From NCBI GenBank assembly GCA_965178125.1, contig OZ237755.1, forward strand, positions 248,001-312,000: a stretch of DNA of 64,000 nucleotides, read 5' to 3'. Source of the stretch: Bilabrum cf. latius (taxonomy: Eukaryota). This document shows, in pieces, positions 36,901 through 49,071 of the stretch (positions are counted from its first letter, which is position 1; every line of letters starts with the position of its first letter). The notes under the pieces were generated by a model. It was not told the origin of the DNA and did no database searches. It saw only the letters and a list, made by a program, of their open reading frames with translations. The translations under genes were made by a program, and so were the position numbers.

Positions 36901-39900
36901 TCACGGAGGCGGTGCTTGTGCTCAAGTGGGGCGGCGTGCTGACAGAAGCAGGCCGGCGGCAGGCCGAGGCCCTCGGTAAGCGGTTCCGTGACACGCTGTA
37001 CCAAGGTGAGTCTCTTCTTCGGCTGCACTCGACCTACCGCCACGACTGCAAGATATATGCGGCGAGCGAGGGTAGGGTGCAGATGACGGCGGCCGCGTTC
37101 GCCAAGGGCTTGCTCGCGCTGGAGGGGTCGCTTACCCCGATCCTCGCCTCGCTGGTGCGCAACTACAACACCAAGCAGCTGCTGGACGACGCGTCGCCTG
37201 CCAAGGATCTCATCAAGCAAGCCAAGGCACGACTGAGGACGGGCCTCGTACGCTCCTGGATGGGCGAGCCGACGTACGATCATGCAGGCCTGCTGTTGGG
37301 GCTACCCACTGGACTCGTGGAATCCATCGCGCCCACGCGATCTGCGTCTATGCTTGAGGCAATCCAACGGCTAGCTCCCAACCCGTTGTAGCGCCTACAA
37401 GACCTGCACGTCATGATTTAGAAGCTCGTGGTGGAAGCAAAGGAAGCTGTGCACCGCGCGCTGAAGGACGAGGTGAAGGGAGGAGACGATAGGGCCCTCA
37501 GGCTGCTGGAGGACTTCGAGATTGCATCGGAGGCGATGGGGCTGGGCATGCAGGACACCCACGGTGCTGGTGCTGCAGGGAGCAAAGAGCGCAAGGGGGA
37601 GTCAGGAGGCACAATCCCTGGCACTTACGCCGATCCGGCTGGAGCCGCTGGCGCTGTAATTGAGCACGCCAAGTCTCACGGAGGTGTGCAGATCGTCGCA
37701 ATTGCCGAGGGCACTGACGAGAGCGATGCCACAGAGCCGCCGCACCCAGAGAAATCCTAGTCCCCCAATGCGCGAGATTTAGGCGGGGCCGACAGCACCG
37801 AGGCGGCCGGGCCGAGAATCAGCCATAGCAGCCTCCCTGCGAGCGAGGGGGGCGGCAGCGCAGACCATAGCATGAGCTCGCCCGAGACCGGCCCAATGCA
37901 CGCCAGAGACTTATCCGGAAAGAAGGCTGGGGTTACCATGGGCCGCGTTGATTCGTTTGGTTCCAAGCCAGATCACCAGGCGGCCCATGTGTCTTCCAAT
38001 AGCGGGATGACGGGCTCGGTGGACTCGTTCCCGCACTCGAGCGTGCACAAGGTCATCGGGGCTGGGCTGCGAGGAGGCGTCCTGGGAAGGATCGAGGCCG
38101 AGGTGGGCACGAAGAGAACGGGAGACGGCTCCCGGAGCGCAAGCCGCGCTGACCGCAGCCCCAAGTCAACGGGCCGGGCCAGCACCTCCGCCACAGACAC
38201 GGCCCTGCTCTGGCACGACGACGAGAGTGAACACGCCAGGATTGTGGACGGCGGCCGCGAGGCCGGGGGCATGAGCATGTCCGTCTTGTCTCGCCTCCTG
38301 TTCCTCATGGGCCGCTGGTGGCGGCTCAGCCGAGACCTGCACGATCGCAAGAAGAAAAAATGGAACCTATCCAAGCTCGCAGACGTGTACGATAACTGCA
38401 AGTTCGACTGTCAGCACAACCGAGACCTCGGTCTGAAGCGGGTGGAGGACGTGTTCCAGCTGGCCGTGGCGTTCGCAGACTGCATCATCCCGCAAGAGTA
38501 TGGCGTGACCACGCTGGAGAAGAGCATGGTGGGCTGCCGCATCGTTCATCACCTCCTCCGGAAGATCTTCTTTGATCTGACTGTGCACAAGCAGTCCTGG
38601 GAGGTACGCGAGGGAGGCAAGAAGGGCGCGATGATGCCCGACCACGAGCATGCGACCGCGTCCCGCAGCTCGCCTCCCTCGGCACACGGCATCGGGGATG
38701 AGGAGAGGGCTTGGACGGCATTCCGGTCCAGCTTGGCGCAGGCGAAGCATCGAGTCAAGCAATCTGCGCTGATGACTACGGCTACTGTCGACCTAGCCGC
38801 ACCTGCAGGCACATCCCTGCCAGCAGCGCCCTCTCCGATCGTGCACGGCGATGCATCAGGAGACGGTGAACACCCAGTGGACTAGACAAGCTTGGACGGT
38901 CGGCTCAGGGCGACAGAATCGGCCGAATCGGACCCCGGTGGAAACGGCATGTGGCCCGAAGATTTTGAAGCGGACGAGGCAGCGCACCAGCTGGACTCTG
39001 CCTCGATGGCCAAGACAGGGTACGATGACGTGAACTTGATCCAGCACAGGGTGCGCACTCGGGTGTACTTCACCAGCGAGGCCCACCTCCACTCGCTCGT
39101 GAACGTGGTTGCGCACGGCGACGGGGGCCTGCGATCCACACACATCACAACCGTGCCTGGCTACGTCCGGTCGCCCACGTCCTCCCCGCGAGGCATTCGA
39201 GGCGCCAAGGGGCCCAAGAGCTTGCCCAGTGGCACTCCTCTGAGCATTTCAATGTCCAAGCCGAGGAAGAGGAACCGCAGACCGGGCGGAAGCTAGCCAC
39301 AGGATGCGGCGAACCCTGGGTCTTTGGCTGCAGCCACTGGTCCGTCTGCTTCCAAGCGATCGCCAGGCAGTGCTTTTTCATCTGTGAAGCGTGGCATTGG
39401 AGCTAGCTCTGGAGCTGGCATAGCGCAGGACACGGAGCGCGAATCGTCCGGTTCCAGGGGTCTGCTGACAGAGCGAGGGCGGCAGTACCTCGAGAGGGTC
39501 CCAGAGCTGGATTACTGCTCTCACGTGGTGTTCTTGCTCTATGAGAGGACCAATGAGCCAGTGGGATCGCCTCGCAGGCACCGTTGCGAAATCCGGCTGT
39601 CACCGGGAGCATCGTACTCCCCATTGGACGGCAAAGTGCGGGCACCTCCCACTAGCTTGACCAAGCCTATCAGGATGCAGTCCAGCAAGTCGTCTGCGAA
39701 AAGGCTGCAGCGAAGGTTCGCCACGGATTCGCCCTCCTTTGCAGGCACGACTTCGTCGTCCAATATCTTCGAATCAGCCGATGGCAGCCTGAGCGGAGCC
39801 ACATCTCCGCTTGCCCTGCCAGGTGCGGCCGCTCCCGCGAGGCTTAGCGAAGCAGAATCCCCTGTGGACCCGACTGCAGACAAAGAATAGCCGGCGGGAG

Positions 39901-40505
39901 GCACCAGCCCAAGCCTTGCGCCCAAACGCGCTCGCTCCCAGTCTGCCCGAAACCTCGAGACGCTGGGCGGCCTGGAGAACAGGGAAGACGATCGTCCAGA
40001 GACGGGCGTGTTAGCCCACTCCAGCGCTGAAACAAGGCCAGTCACTGGCGATGGGACGTCCTCGACGAGCGTGCACGACCAAGGCGCGGCGCAACCCCTG
40101 ACTGATGGCACCGGTGGGTCCTCACGAAGAATGGCACCTCGGCAGGCGGCTGGCGCGTGGAGCCAGGATCGCGTCACGTACCCCGTCACAGAGGCAGAGT
40201 AGACCGGCAACCAAAACGGCGTTGTACTTGCTCCGACTCCGCGCGCGTCGGCTGCAGAGCTGAAAAGCGGCTGCCTTCCTGTGTGTGGCATGGTGGTGCT
40301 ATCCGACGACTGCCCGCTCGGGGTGGTAGAGGATGCGCTGGCCGCAGCTATTATGGCACCGGGGGCCCCTGATCCGCGAGAGATGCGACACACTCCCGCT
40401 GGGGAGCGATTGCGCAAAGCCAACCTGAGGACGCCGAGCCTCAACATGGCTGCGGTCGCTGCCTCCTCATCAGATGGGGCCGGTGGGTCGACCAGCAAAG
40501 GCTAA
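33944..40505 (+). CDS. VIP1: Diphosphoinositol-pentakisphosphate kinase / histidine acid phosphatase (PPIP5K/Vip1); join(33944..34018,34113..40505)
   Basis: [128 protein letters not shown]. 11 in-frame TAG; ends TAA. Confidence 0.96.
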
Positions 40506-40954
40506 GTGCATGCTATGATTTAGCACGAGCTTGCCGCTTTGAACCCTTGCACATCTTGTATTGTCATTAAACAGACGGGATTGTGAATATACACAGGCTA
40601 TCCGTCTTGTGATATATGTTGAAGGCTGTTTGTGTCACGTAGATTGGTGCCCAATGTAAATGTGAAATTCACACTGTGATCCATTGAGTGCCATTTCTGT
40701 GCAAGTCAAGGTCGTGCAATTCAATTTGGGTTCCGTGACCCAATCGCAGCATCCGGAGACTCATTGTCTCACTTTTGCGAAGAGTCCTCCACCCACCCAG
40801 GTAGACGCAGCCGGCGACTCTTCATATGTGGAACACTATGCTAGATCGCGTGCAGCTTGTTGCTGATGGAAGACCGACCTTTCGGGGTTGGCCCAGCCAT
40901 AGCAGCCTGCACGCGACCTGAGCATGATCGCATCACTCGGTCGCCAGTTGCTCT

Positions 40955-43900
40955 TCACTTCTCAATCTTGTCCATCCCGTCCGCACCCGGCGACCGCTGC
41001 TCGCTTCCGGACCCCCGCGTTGCTTTCGGGGTGGTCGAGACTCTGCGCTTCTGTTGCAGCGCCAGAGATACCAGGTTGGGCGTCCTCGCCCCACTACCAG
41101 GCCTCCGCGAGTGCGTCCGCCGCGGCCGAGCGAGGCGCGAGGCGCGCCTTCGGGCGAGAGGCTGGCCGAAGGTCATCGTCAGCTTGCGACGAGGCCTGGT
41201 CGTACCAGGCCCGAGCGGTGGGGGTCTTCCTGCCTGCGCGCTGTCATGCTGCTGATGCGACGGCGCGCCGGCCCTCGTCCCGTTCGTTTGTTGGCCAGAC
41301 GCGCCGGCAGATTGACGACCTCCAAGGCCTTGCCGTAACGCCTCCATCCGGCCGGCTGGTAGAGTCTCAGACCTTTCCACGAGTGAGCTGTGTGACTGCT
41401 AGCCGCGCCTCGTGCGACTGCCATCCTGTGCCTCCTTGAGTGCATGCGTGCCTGTCCCGCTCGCGTTCCTGCCGACCCCAGGGCCATTGCCGGCCACATC
41501 GCTGCCCCCGTCCTCAAGGCTTGATGCACCAGTGTGCGCGGCTCGTGAGGCTCCTGGATGGGCAGGGGACTGGCTGGGCGTCCCGGCCCACCCCACCCTG
41601 GGCGTGCGACTGAGAGCCGCGATCTACTCCAAGTCAATGTTGGCTTCGTGGGCCTTGCCTGTGGTCCACATGTGCTCCTTGATGTCCTGTACTGTGGCTC
41701 GCTTGGAGGGATCAGGATGCAGCGCCTTGAGAATCAGATCCACGAGTGCAGGCGAGAAGTGGCCGGGGAAGTAGAACCGCCCGTCAATGATCCCTCCGCC
41801 GTGACCATCTCCGTCAGCGACGTCGATGTCCTGCTAGCTCTCAGGCGTGCCAGGCAGTCCGTCAATTACCTAGTCCTTTCTGGCACTGGGTGTGCTACCG
41901 TCAGCAGTAACACCACCAACTGCATCTGCCTTGACTGCGCGCACCCCATTGGCCGGCTTTCCGCCGCGTACTACATCTGCACCGTTGGTCCCAGTGGTTC
42001 CTGTGCCTGTTTCTGCTGCACTAGAAGCAGCTGCAGATCCAAGCTATACGCTCCCTCTAGAGTTGCGGTTGCCCGAGTAAGACTGCTGCAGATCAGAGCC
42101 CACCGACCGGGGAGTATGCAAGTCATTTTCTGTGGCTTGGACGCGATGGCCGGCTGGCCCGCGACTGCTGGTCCCAGCAATTCTGGGAGGCACCGAAAGG
42201 ATGCGGGTAGGCTTGTCGCCGGGAATGCTGCACTCCGAGTCGGCCCGACCCTTCCCTGTGTCCTTGTTGCCAGCACTAGTAGCTGCCGGAGCAGAGGTAT
42301 CTCGTGGGAGCCCGCTGGTTGGCCCCGACGAAATGCCCTCAGAGCTTGCCTTGACGGCTCCCAATGAAGCCGGCCCAACTGGCGGGCCCATGCTGCCTTG
42401 TCCTGCCATATCAAGGGCCGCTGCCTCTGCTCGGGCCGCGTCCTGATCGAATTGAGCCTCTTCATGCTCCGTCTCCAGGATGGCACGGCCTCCGAGCTCC
42501 TCTGCCTACATCGGACCATCGTCCCGGTCTTGAGTCATGGACCTGCTTTCGTGGCTCGCCACACTAGATGCATCGCCGGTCTGGCTATCCCCGTCCACGC
42601 CTGCGACCGGACTTCGATCCTCCCCCACATTGACGTCGGGGTGGCCGCTCATTCCACCATGAACTGGGTCCAACTCGTCTGCGTCGGCGCTAGCACTGGC
42701 AAGGTTCGCAACATCCGGATCATCTGCATCTTCATCCCCTTCGAATCGCATGCTGGACGTTTCGCTGTCCCCGTCACCCGCAAGCGTAGATGCGCGAATG
42801 GAAGACATCTGAGGCATGACATCGACTCCAGCGGCCCGCTCTAGCTGCTTGCGGTCCAAGGGTGTCACCACCAGCGCAGGACCTCCGTCACCACCAGACT
42901 CGCCGGCATGCGGGCTCGGGCCAGATTCGTCGTCCTTGTGCGCTGTGCTATCCCACATCTCTAGCACATCAGGAGCCAGGTACCCCGCGCCTCTGGAGCT
43001 GCTGCCGCGATCTTCCAGCCGAGCAAATGCCTGCTCGTCCTCGCCATCATCCTCGCCCTCGCCATGCACTAATGTGGGATCGTCAGGGCCATCAGCCGCA
43101 GTCCCTGAGCTCTTGCTCCTCCTACGGCTGCCTTCCCTGCGTCTTGCAGACTGTTCCCGCGCTGGCATCCTGGGCAAACTCCCGCGCTGACCTGACCGCC
43201 GCACAGGCCTGCTCCCCAGCGCAGTTCTGGCCTTCTTGCTGGGGGGCTCACCATATCGCGCTCCTGCCGTGCCGCTGTCTTTGACTGCAGGGTCGATTGC
43301 GCCAGCAACCATTTCCACTCGCTCGGGTGCGCCTTGAGGTCGAGGCCTTGGCCTCTTCTTGCCGGCAACTGGCAAGAAGTCCTCCGGCTGGTAGCCCCTG
43401 TCCTTGATCGCATTCAGACCGTGCCTCTGGATGTGCAGAATGAGGCCCTTGTGCCAGCCTCTCCTGCGAAGCCTCACTTCCAGCTATCGCGGCGTGCTCT
43501 GACGGCTGCGGGCACTGCCTGGCGTATCCACCTTACCAGGCTTGGGTGTGTAGCTGGACGCAGTGCGACTCCCGTGCGACTACGAGCTGCCACCAACCTC
43601 CACCGGATTACTGGCCGCCCGTCCCCCAAAGGCTTTGCTGGCAGCTGCAGATACAAGGCCGAGACTAGGTCCTGCACTCGATGCTTGCCAACCAAAACCT
43701 ACCCGTGACGCGGATGAAATCGCCTCTGCCAACAGCTGGTCCTTGCGCCTGCCCTAACGCTGCGGATTTCCCATGGCACGGCTGGCTGACACAAGCCCAG
43801 AGCGCCCCCCCGTGGTTCTGTTGAATCGAGTGCCACCTGAGTGCGTCGACGAACGCACGAGCTGCGGCGGCTTCGCGCTCATAGCGGCGTCGTTGTGCAA

Positions 43901-46900
43901 GTCAGGCACCTCACCACCATCAACCCTGCCCTGTCCTGCATCTCGCTGCGGGGTCTACCTCCCCTTGATTCGGAGCTGGGCAACTCCCTGCGTACCTTCG
44001 GTGTTGCGGGTGCTGGATGCGCTTGCTGGTCCCTCGCTGGCTTGAGATTTGGACGCAGACGAGCCTGGGGCCCGGATGGTCAACGAGGGAGGACCTGGCT
44101 ACGGCTAGTTGACATCTCCACCAGGGCCAGATGCCGCCGCTGAAGAAGAGGACGATGATGACGACGCTGCAGACGCATCCGACGGCCTACCAGGTACAGA
44201 AATCCGCAGCTGCAGTCCGAGCGGAGGCCCGGAGAACCCCGAGATGTCAGCAGCACTGCCACTCGAATCGTCTAGCTAGGCCCCAACTACTGACGGGCTC
44301 CTGGCCTGCACGTCAACAGGAGGTACTCCCGCCATGCCCGATCCGTCGAACAGGCTCGGACCGGGGGACGTGTCCTTGCTGCGAGACGTGCCTGGCTTGG
44401 CAATGGAAAGGCCCATAGAACGGCGCGGCGTGCTGGCTCCACCTCTAGACCGACCCAGGCTCAGCGGGGTCGGTCGCTCGTTGGCCTGCGCGCCTGTTAC
44501 TCCAAGCGGTGACAAGTCGCTGCCGAAGCCAAGCCCGGCGGGGCGTCGCGCCGGGCTCTGCGGTGGGACAGCCTCTACAACCGGTGGCTCATCCTGCTCA
44601 ACCCTCACTGCCGCCATGTCCTGTGCTCGGCTCGCACTGCGGGATGACGTTTGCGCGCCTCCAGTTGCCGAAACAGCTCGGCCATCATCGTGTTGATGAG
44701 GCCACGCCGAGCCCGAAGCACTAGACATCCGCCCTGTCTCGCTGGACGGTGATAAGTAACCAGACTGCCCGCGCATGGGAGGCGACTCGTGTACGTTCTC
44801 CCCGTCCTGCATCATACTGTCTTTGCGACGGCTGAACCGCGTCGATGGCGTCGTGGACTGGGCACCTCCACGGGAATGAGGCCTCCCGGAGTCACCGCCA
44901 TCTTCCCTGTAATCGTCTACGCTGTGCTGCTCGAGGTGCATTTGCTGCTCCCTGCGCTGTTGCTCAGCAAGGACGCCGGGCTTTGCATGCGTCAACATCG
45001 GAGTCTCGCCGCCGCCATCGTCTTCAAACTAAGCCATCATGCCATATCCGCGCTGCAATGCATCCGTCTCAGCATCGCGGCTGGAAGCACGGGCGCGTGG
45101 TTGGCGACTCTGCGGATCTAGCCACTCCGGATAGTATGTCTGAATGAAAGCAGCGTACTTGGGGTCTGTCATTTCCGCAGTGTCCCATGGCACGCAGTTG
45201 CTGGCTACCACGTACAGCAGCACACCGCACGACCATGCATCAGCACGGAATCCATCGAATTCCAGCGAGGGCCTGTGCTCCGCTTTGCAGACCTCCGGGG
45301 CACTATAGGGAGGGGTGCCGCCGGTATAGGTGGTAGTCGCCTTGACTGAGCCCTTGTTGACGAGAGCACAGCTGCCGAAGTCGGCCAGCTTGGCTCGGGC
45401 TCGCAACGTGTCCACCTGCGAGCCGGAGCTCTCGTTCAGCTCGCTCCTGTCCACTGTTTCGTCATCATCTCCTTGTCCATCCAATTGGTCGCTGTCCTCG
45501 CGGTGATTCGAATTGGCGCGCGGGACTGACTCTCGCTTGACTACCGGGCTCTCGCCCAATCCCATCGCTACAGGCGTCAGGTGCGAAGCCGATCGAGCAG
45601 TGGAGCCTGGAGTGGATCCGCTGGCGCTACCATCCCGGTCCACGGACCCGCCTGCTCCACCTCCGCCGTGGTAGTCGCCGCTCGCAATCAGCAGGATGTT
45701 CTCCGGCTTGATGTCCAGGTGAGCGATGCCAAGCGCGTGGCAGTCGCACAAGCAATCGATGATCTGCCTAAACACGTGGCACATGCCAGCCTCAGTCTGC
45801 GCACCCTGGGCGTGGATGACCTGGAACAGGTCAACATCGCACAGCTCCATCAGCAGCAGAGTGAACTGGTCCACCTGAACGGGAGGAAATGTCTGCAAGA
45901 CGTGACGCCTAGACTGGATGCCCTCGAGTCGCAACCTCTCGTATGCGCGCAGCTCTTGCTCCGCGGATCGGCGCTCGTAGTCGGTCTGTTCCAACGGCAT
46001 GGCCGCCATCGGGTAGCCATCAAGTGCCGCGTCTTCGCGGTCATGATCCGCTGCATCCATCGCCGCCTCAACATTGGCCCTCTGCGCGACGTAGACCTTC
46101 ACCGCAACCTCTTCATCCCCATTCATGGCTTTGTAAACGTGCCCCTGCCCTCCTCTGTTGAGCAGGCGCAGCAGCGTGATCCTCTGCCTGTACTGCTTTA
46201 GGACATTCTGCATCGTTTCCATCTCCTCCTGGACGACCTCGGGGTCTTCTTCCTCGCGGTCGGGGTCCTGATCTGCGGCCACTGCTCCCATGTCTAGCTG
46301 CAGAGACATGCCGGCAACACCTTCGAATTGCCCTGTTGGTCGGCTATTCTCCGTGTACACAATAGGCTCAGCTTGCCCTCTATCTCGTTCGTTCTCCCCT
46401 ATGGCTCCACCAGTCGGCAGGACAGAAAGGTGGGCATCTGGAGTGCTACCATCAAGAGGGAACCGCCCATCTGGGTCACCGCGAAGCTCTCCAGCGCGAG
46501 TAAAATTGCCATCATCATGCGCAGACGCCCGGCCCCGTCGCATGGGAGACCATCGCGAGGTCGGGGTGCTGGCCATCACGCTCGCACTGCCGCCGCTCTC
46601 CTGCCTCCCAGTCTCTGCAACCATGGGTGGGGACGGGCCTGCAGCCCTGTCAAGTCCAGCGTCCCCGCTTCGTTCGCCTTGGCTCGATTCCAACAGAGGA
46701 GGCCGTCCATACGCGTCCTCGAAGCCGTCCTCTCGTTCGCTATCCGAGCCAGACATGTCCTCCTGCTGCTGCCCCAATGCTGCACCCGCTCTGCGCTATG
46801 CCGGCTGCCCCTGCCCGAAGGAAGGCGGAATCACGAGAGCGCTTCTGCTGCGGGAGGCCCGGGGCGGGCCCGACTGGTCCACCGCCGTGTCCTCGTCCTC

Positions 46901-47878
46901 GATGAGACCGCCTAGTCCTGGCCCTTGCCTCTGCCCTGCCAACCTCAACCTCGCTGCTCTGGGGCGGATTCTGGGCCCAGATCCGGGATACGATCCGATC
47001 ACAGCCGGTAGAAGTGCCTGCGACTCTGTGCCCAAGCTCAGCTTGCTATCATGCATCTACACGCTATCCTGCGGATCCGTTCCAGGTGCAACCTAGGCAT
47101 GGCTGGAGGAGGATGCCGAGGAGGAGGAAGACGAAGAGGAGGATGCGCCCATTGTGCCGGGTATGTACCTGCCCAATGGAGCCTGCAGTCCTGCTTCGGC
47201 AGCATGCTGGATGCTGGGTGAGGCGCTCCTGTACGGGATGGAGGCGTGTCCCATAGGCGAGTCGCCCAGTCTCGCATATAGAGAGGGCGGTTGGCCTCGG
47301 CTTCGCATGCCACCGCCGCTCGAATGAGAAGGCATGATGCCGCCGATCTCCTGCATGGGCACCTACCGGCTTTGATTGCTCGCTGCGTATGCCCTCCTGT
47401 TCTCTCGTGCAGTTTCCCCTCCTGCCCGAGCAGAGTGCCAGGGCGAGAGGAGGCCTAGGGTGCCCTCCTCGGAGCCGCCAGGGCGACTACCTTGGGGAAC
47501 AGAGCCGGGGGATTCATCGGCGACTCCAGTCAAAACCTAAATTCCCGAGCTGCTTGGGGTATCTTGCCGGCGCATGTAGCTTCCTGTTGAAGCAGAGCTT
47601 GAGCTGCCGGCGGGACGGCTGGCCTACCCCACTGGAAGATCGGAGTCAAAGTCGTCGGCCCCTTGGTCTGGAGATAAGATGCGAACGCTCGGGCGCATAC
47701 CAGATCGTTTTCTGTTACGATCCGCCGCTGAACCACGGACTAGGACCCCCCTAGGCATGCTGCCGTCGGATCCAGCTGGAACCGAGTACTTTCGGGCTGA
47801 AGAGGCGGAACTTGAATCTCCCGAGGCAGCGCCAGGGAGGGGGTTTCCTCTAGCATGGCGATCCTATCGATCTTGCAT
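40955..47878 (-). CDS. Giant (~2,300 aa) Ser/Thr protein kinase (CAMK-like) with huge insertions in the catalytic domain
   Basis: RGGQGHVY, VAVK, HLDIKPEN, LADFGS, GTPPYSAPE and DAWSCGV at ~45200-46170; FSPALVDLILKALHPDPSKRATV...HMW at ~41666-41780. One frame from ATG 47878 to TGA 40955 with about 20 TAG and no TAA/TGA. Confidence 0.85.
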
Positions 47879-48599
47879 TTGTATTGTATACTTCGGCGAA
47901 GTGCCCTAGCTCCTGTGGGAGGGCGGCCTGCTATCCTAGCTTTGCTATTCGGGAGTCCCGTCAACTGGGCTGCCGCTCGAAGATTCGGCCATTTCCTCCT
48001 ACATGCCTGCAGAAATTATGATGCAATCTATTTTAGATATACCGGGTGCATATTGCTCGAACTGTATGTGTTGCGGAGTGGGTGGACACCAGGTACCAAA
48101 TCCGATCTGGTCCAAACGCGAATCCAATGCCAGAATCGTGAATTCAAGTACAGAAGCACTGCGTAGCACCAGACCAAATTGATATTGGCAGCACTCTGAA
48201 GCAAGATTGCCGTTCTTACCTTATATAGTAGTCGGAGGGACTTGGGTCATTCGACTGGCTACAACACAACCATCCTGTGCGGCAAACAAATCAGCACTGA
48301 ACAGGCACCGACAATTATGCTTGAGAAGTATGTGTTCAATACACTCTAGTGAGCAAAATAACAACAGAAGCCTCACAGCACTGATCCAGCGTGACTGAGC
48401 AATCGGATCGCGGGGGCACCGTCGCATTTTGGTTCCGCAGCAAGCCGGCAGTTTTAACCGGCGCCGCGCAATCCAAACGATTTCGTGGTTGTTGTATTGA
48501 GGCAGATCACGATTGATTGGTAGCTCTACTAAGTACACTACATCGGGGCATGCCTCATGACTATCCGAATGATGGCTACCACCCATGCCAACCGCGTCC

Positions 48600-48930
48600 T
48601 CAGTGATGCACTTGCTGGACACCAACTCTGGGCTTTGTGCCAGTCTGAAGCAATCCCACTGCCTCCCTGTCAAAGCTGTTGCTAGACCCCTGCATCCTGA
48701 ACCGGCAGGAGAGGCGTCGCAAGCCACCTGCTCCAACCAGACCGGACGGGGAGCGAGGCTCCCGTCCGGGCGACAGTCCCCGCAGTGCTCGCCCTGCCAT
48801 CGCAATCCATGCACCCCACGGCGCGAAATATTCTGCTGTGTTCGCTTCGTTCGCTCGAGCTAGCGCTTTGCCTACCAGGCCGAGCGCGTGCGCGGGATGC
48901 CAGTGCACAGGCCTGAACTTGGCCCACAGG
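48600..48930 (-). pseudogene. Frameshifted duplicate of the 3' end of the adjacent glycosyltransferase gene
   Basis: VHWHPAHALGLVGKALARAN / WQGEHCGDCRPDGSLAPRP / LQTGTKPR mirror VHWPVAHALALVSEALARAS / WKGEHCGAFRPDGSFDPRP / LQTGRKPR (49072-49400) but switch frame twice. Confidence 0.75.
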
Positions 48931-49071
48931 CATGCTCCATCGACGGATCGGATCCAGGCACAAGCACGCGATCACCCGCGGGTCTGATCTTCCAGTCCTG
49001 TGAATGTCCTCGCCGTTGACTTTGCCCAGGTTGAAGCCCTGAGGCGAGCACGAGCACGAGCACGCACTTGT

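Noticed and set aside
49045-49067. (GAGCAC)n short tandem repeat
   Set aside because: Simple microsatellite just past a stop codon; no spacers, so not CRISPR-like.
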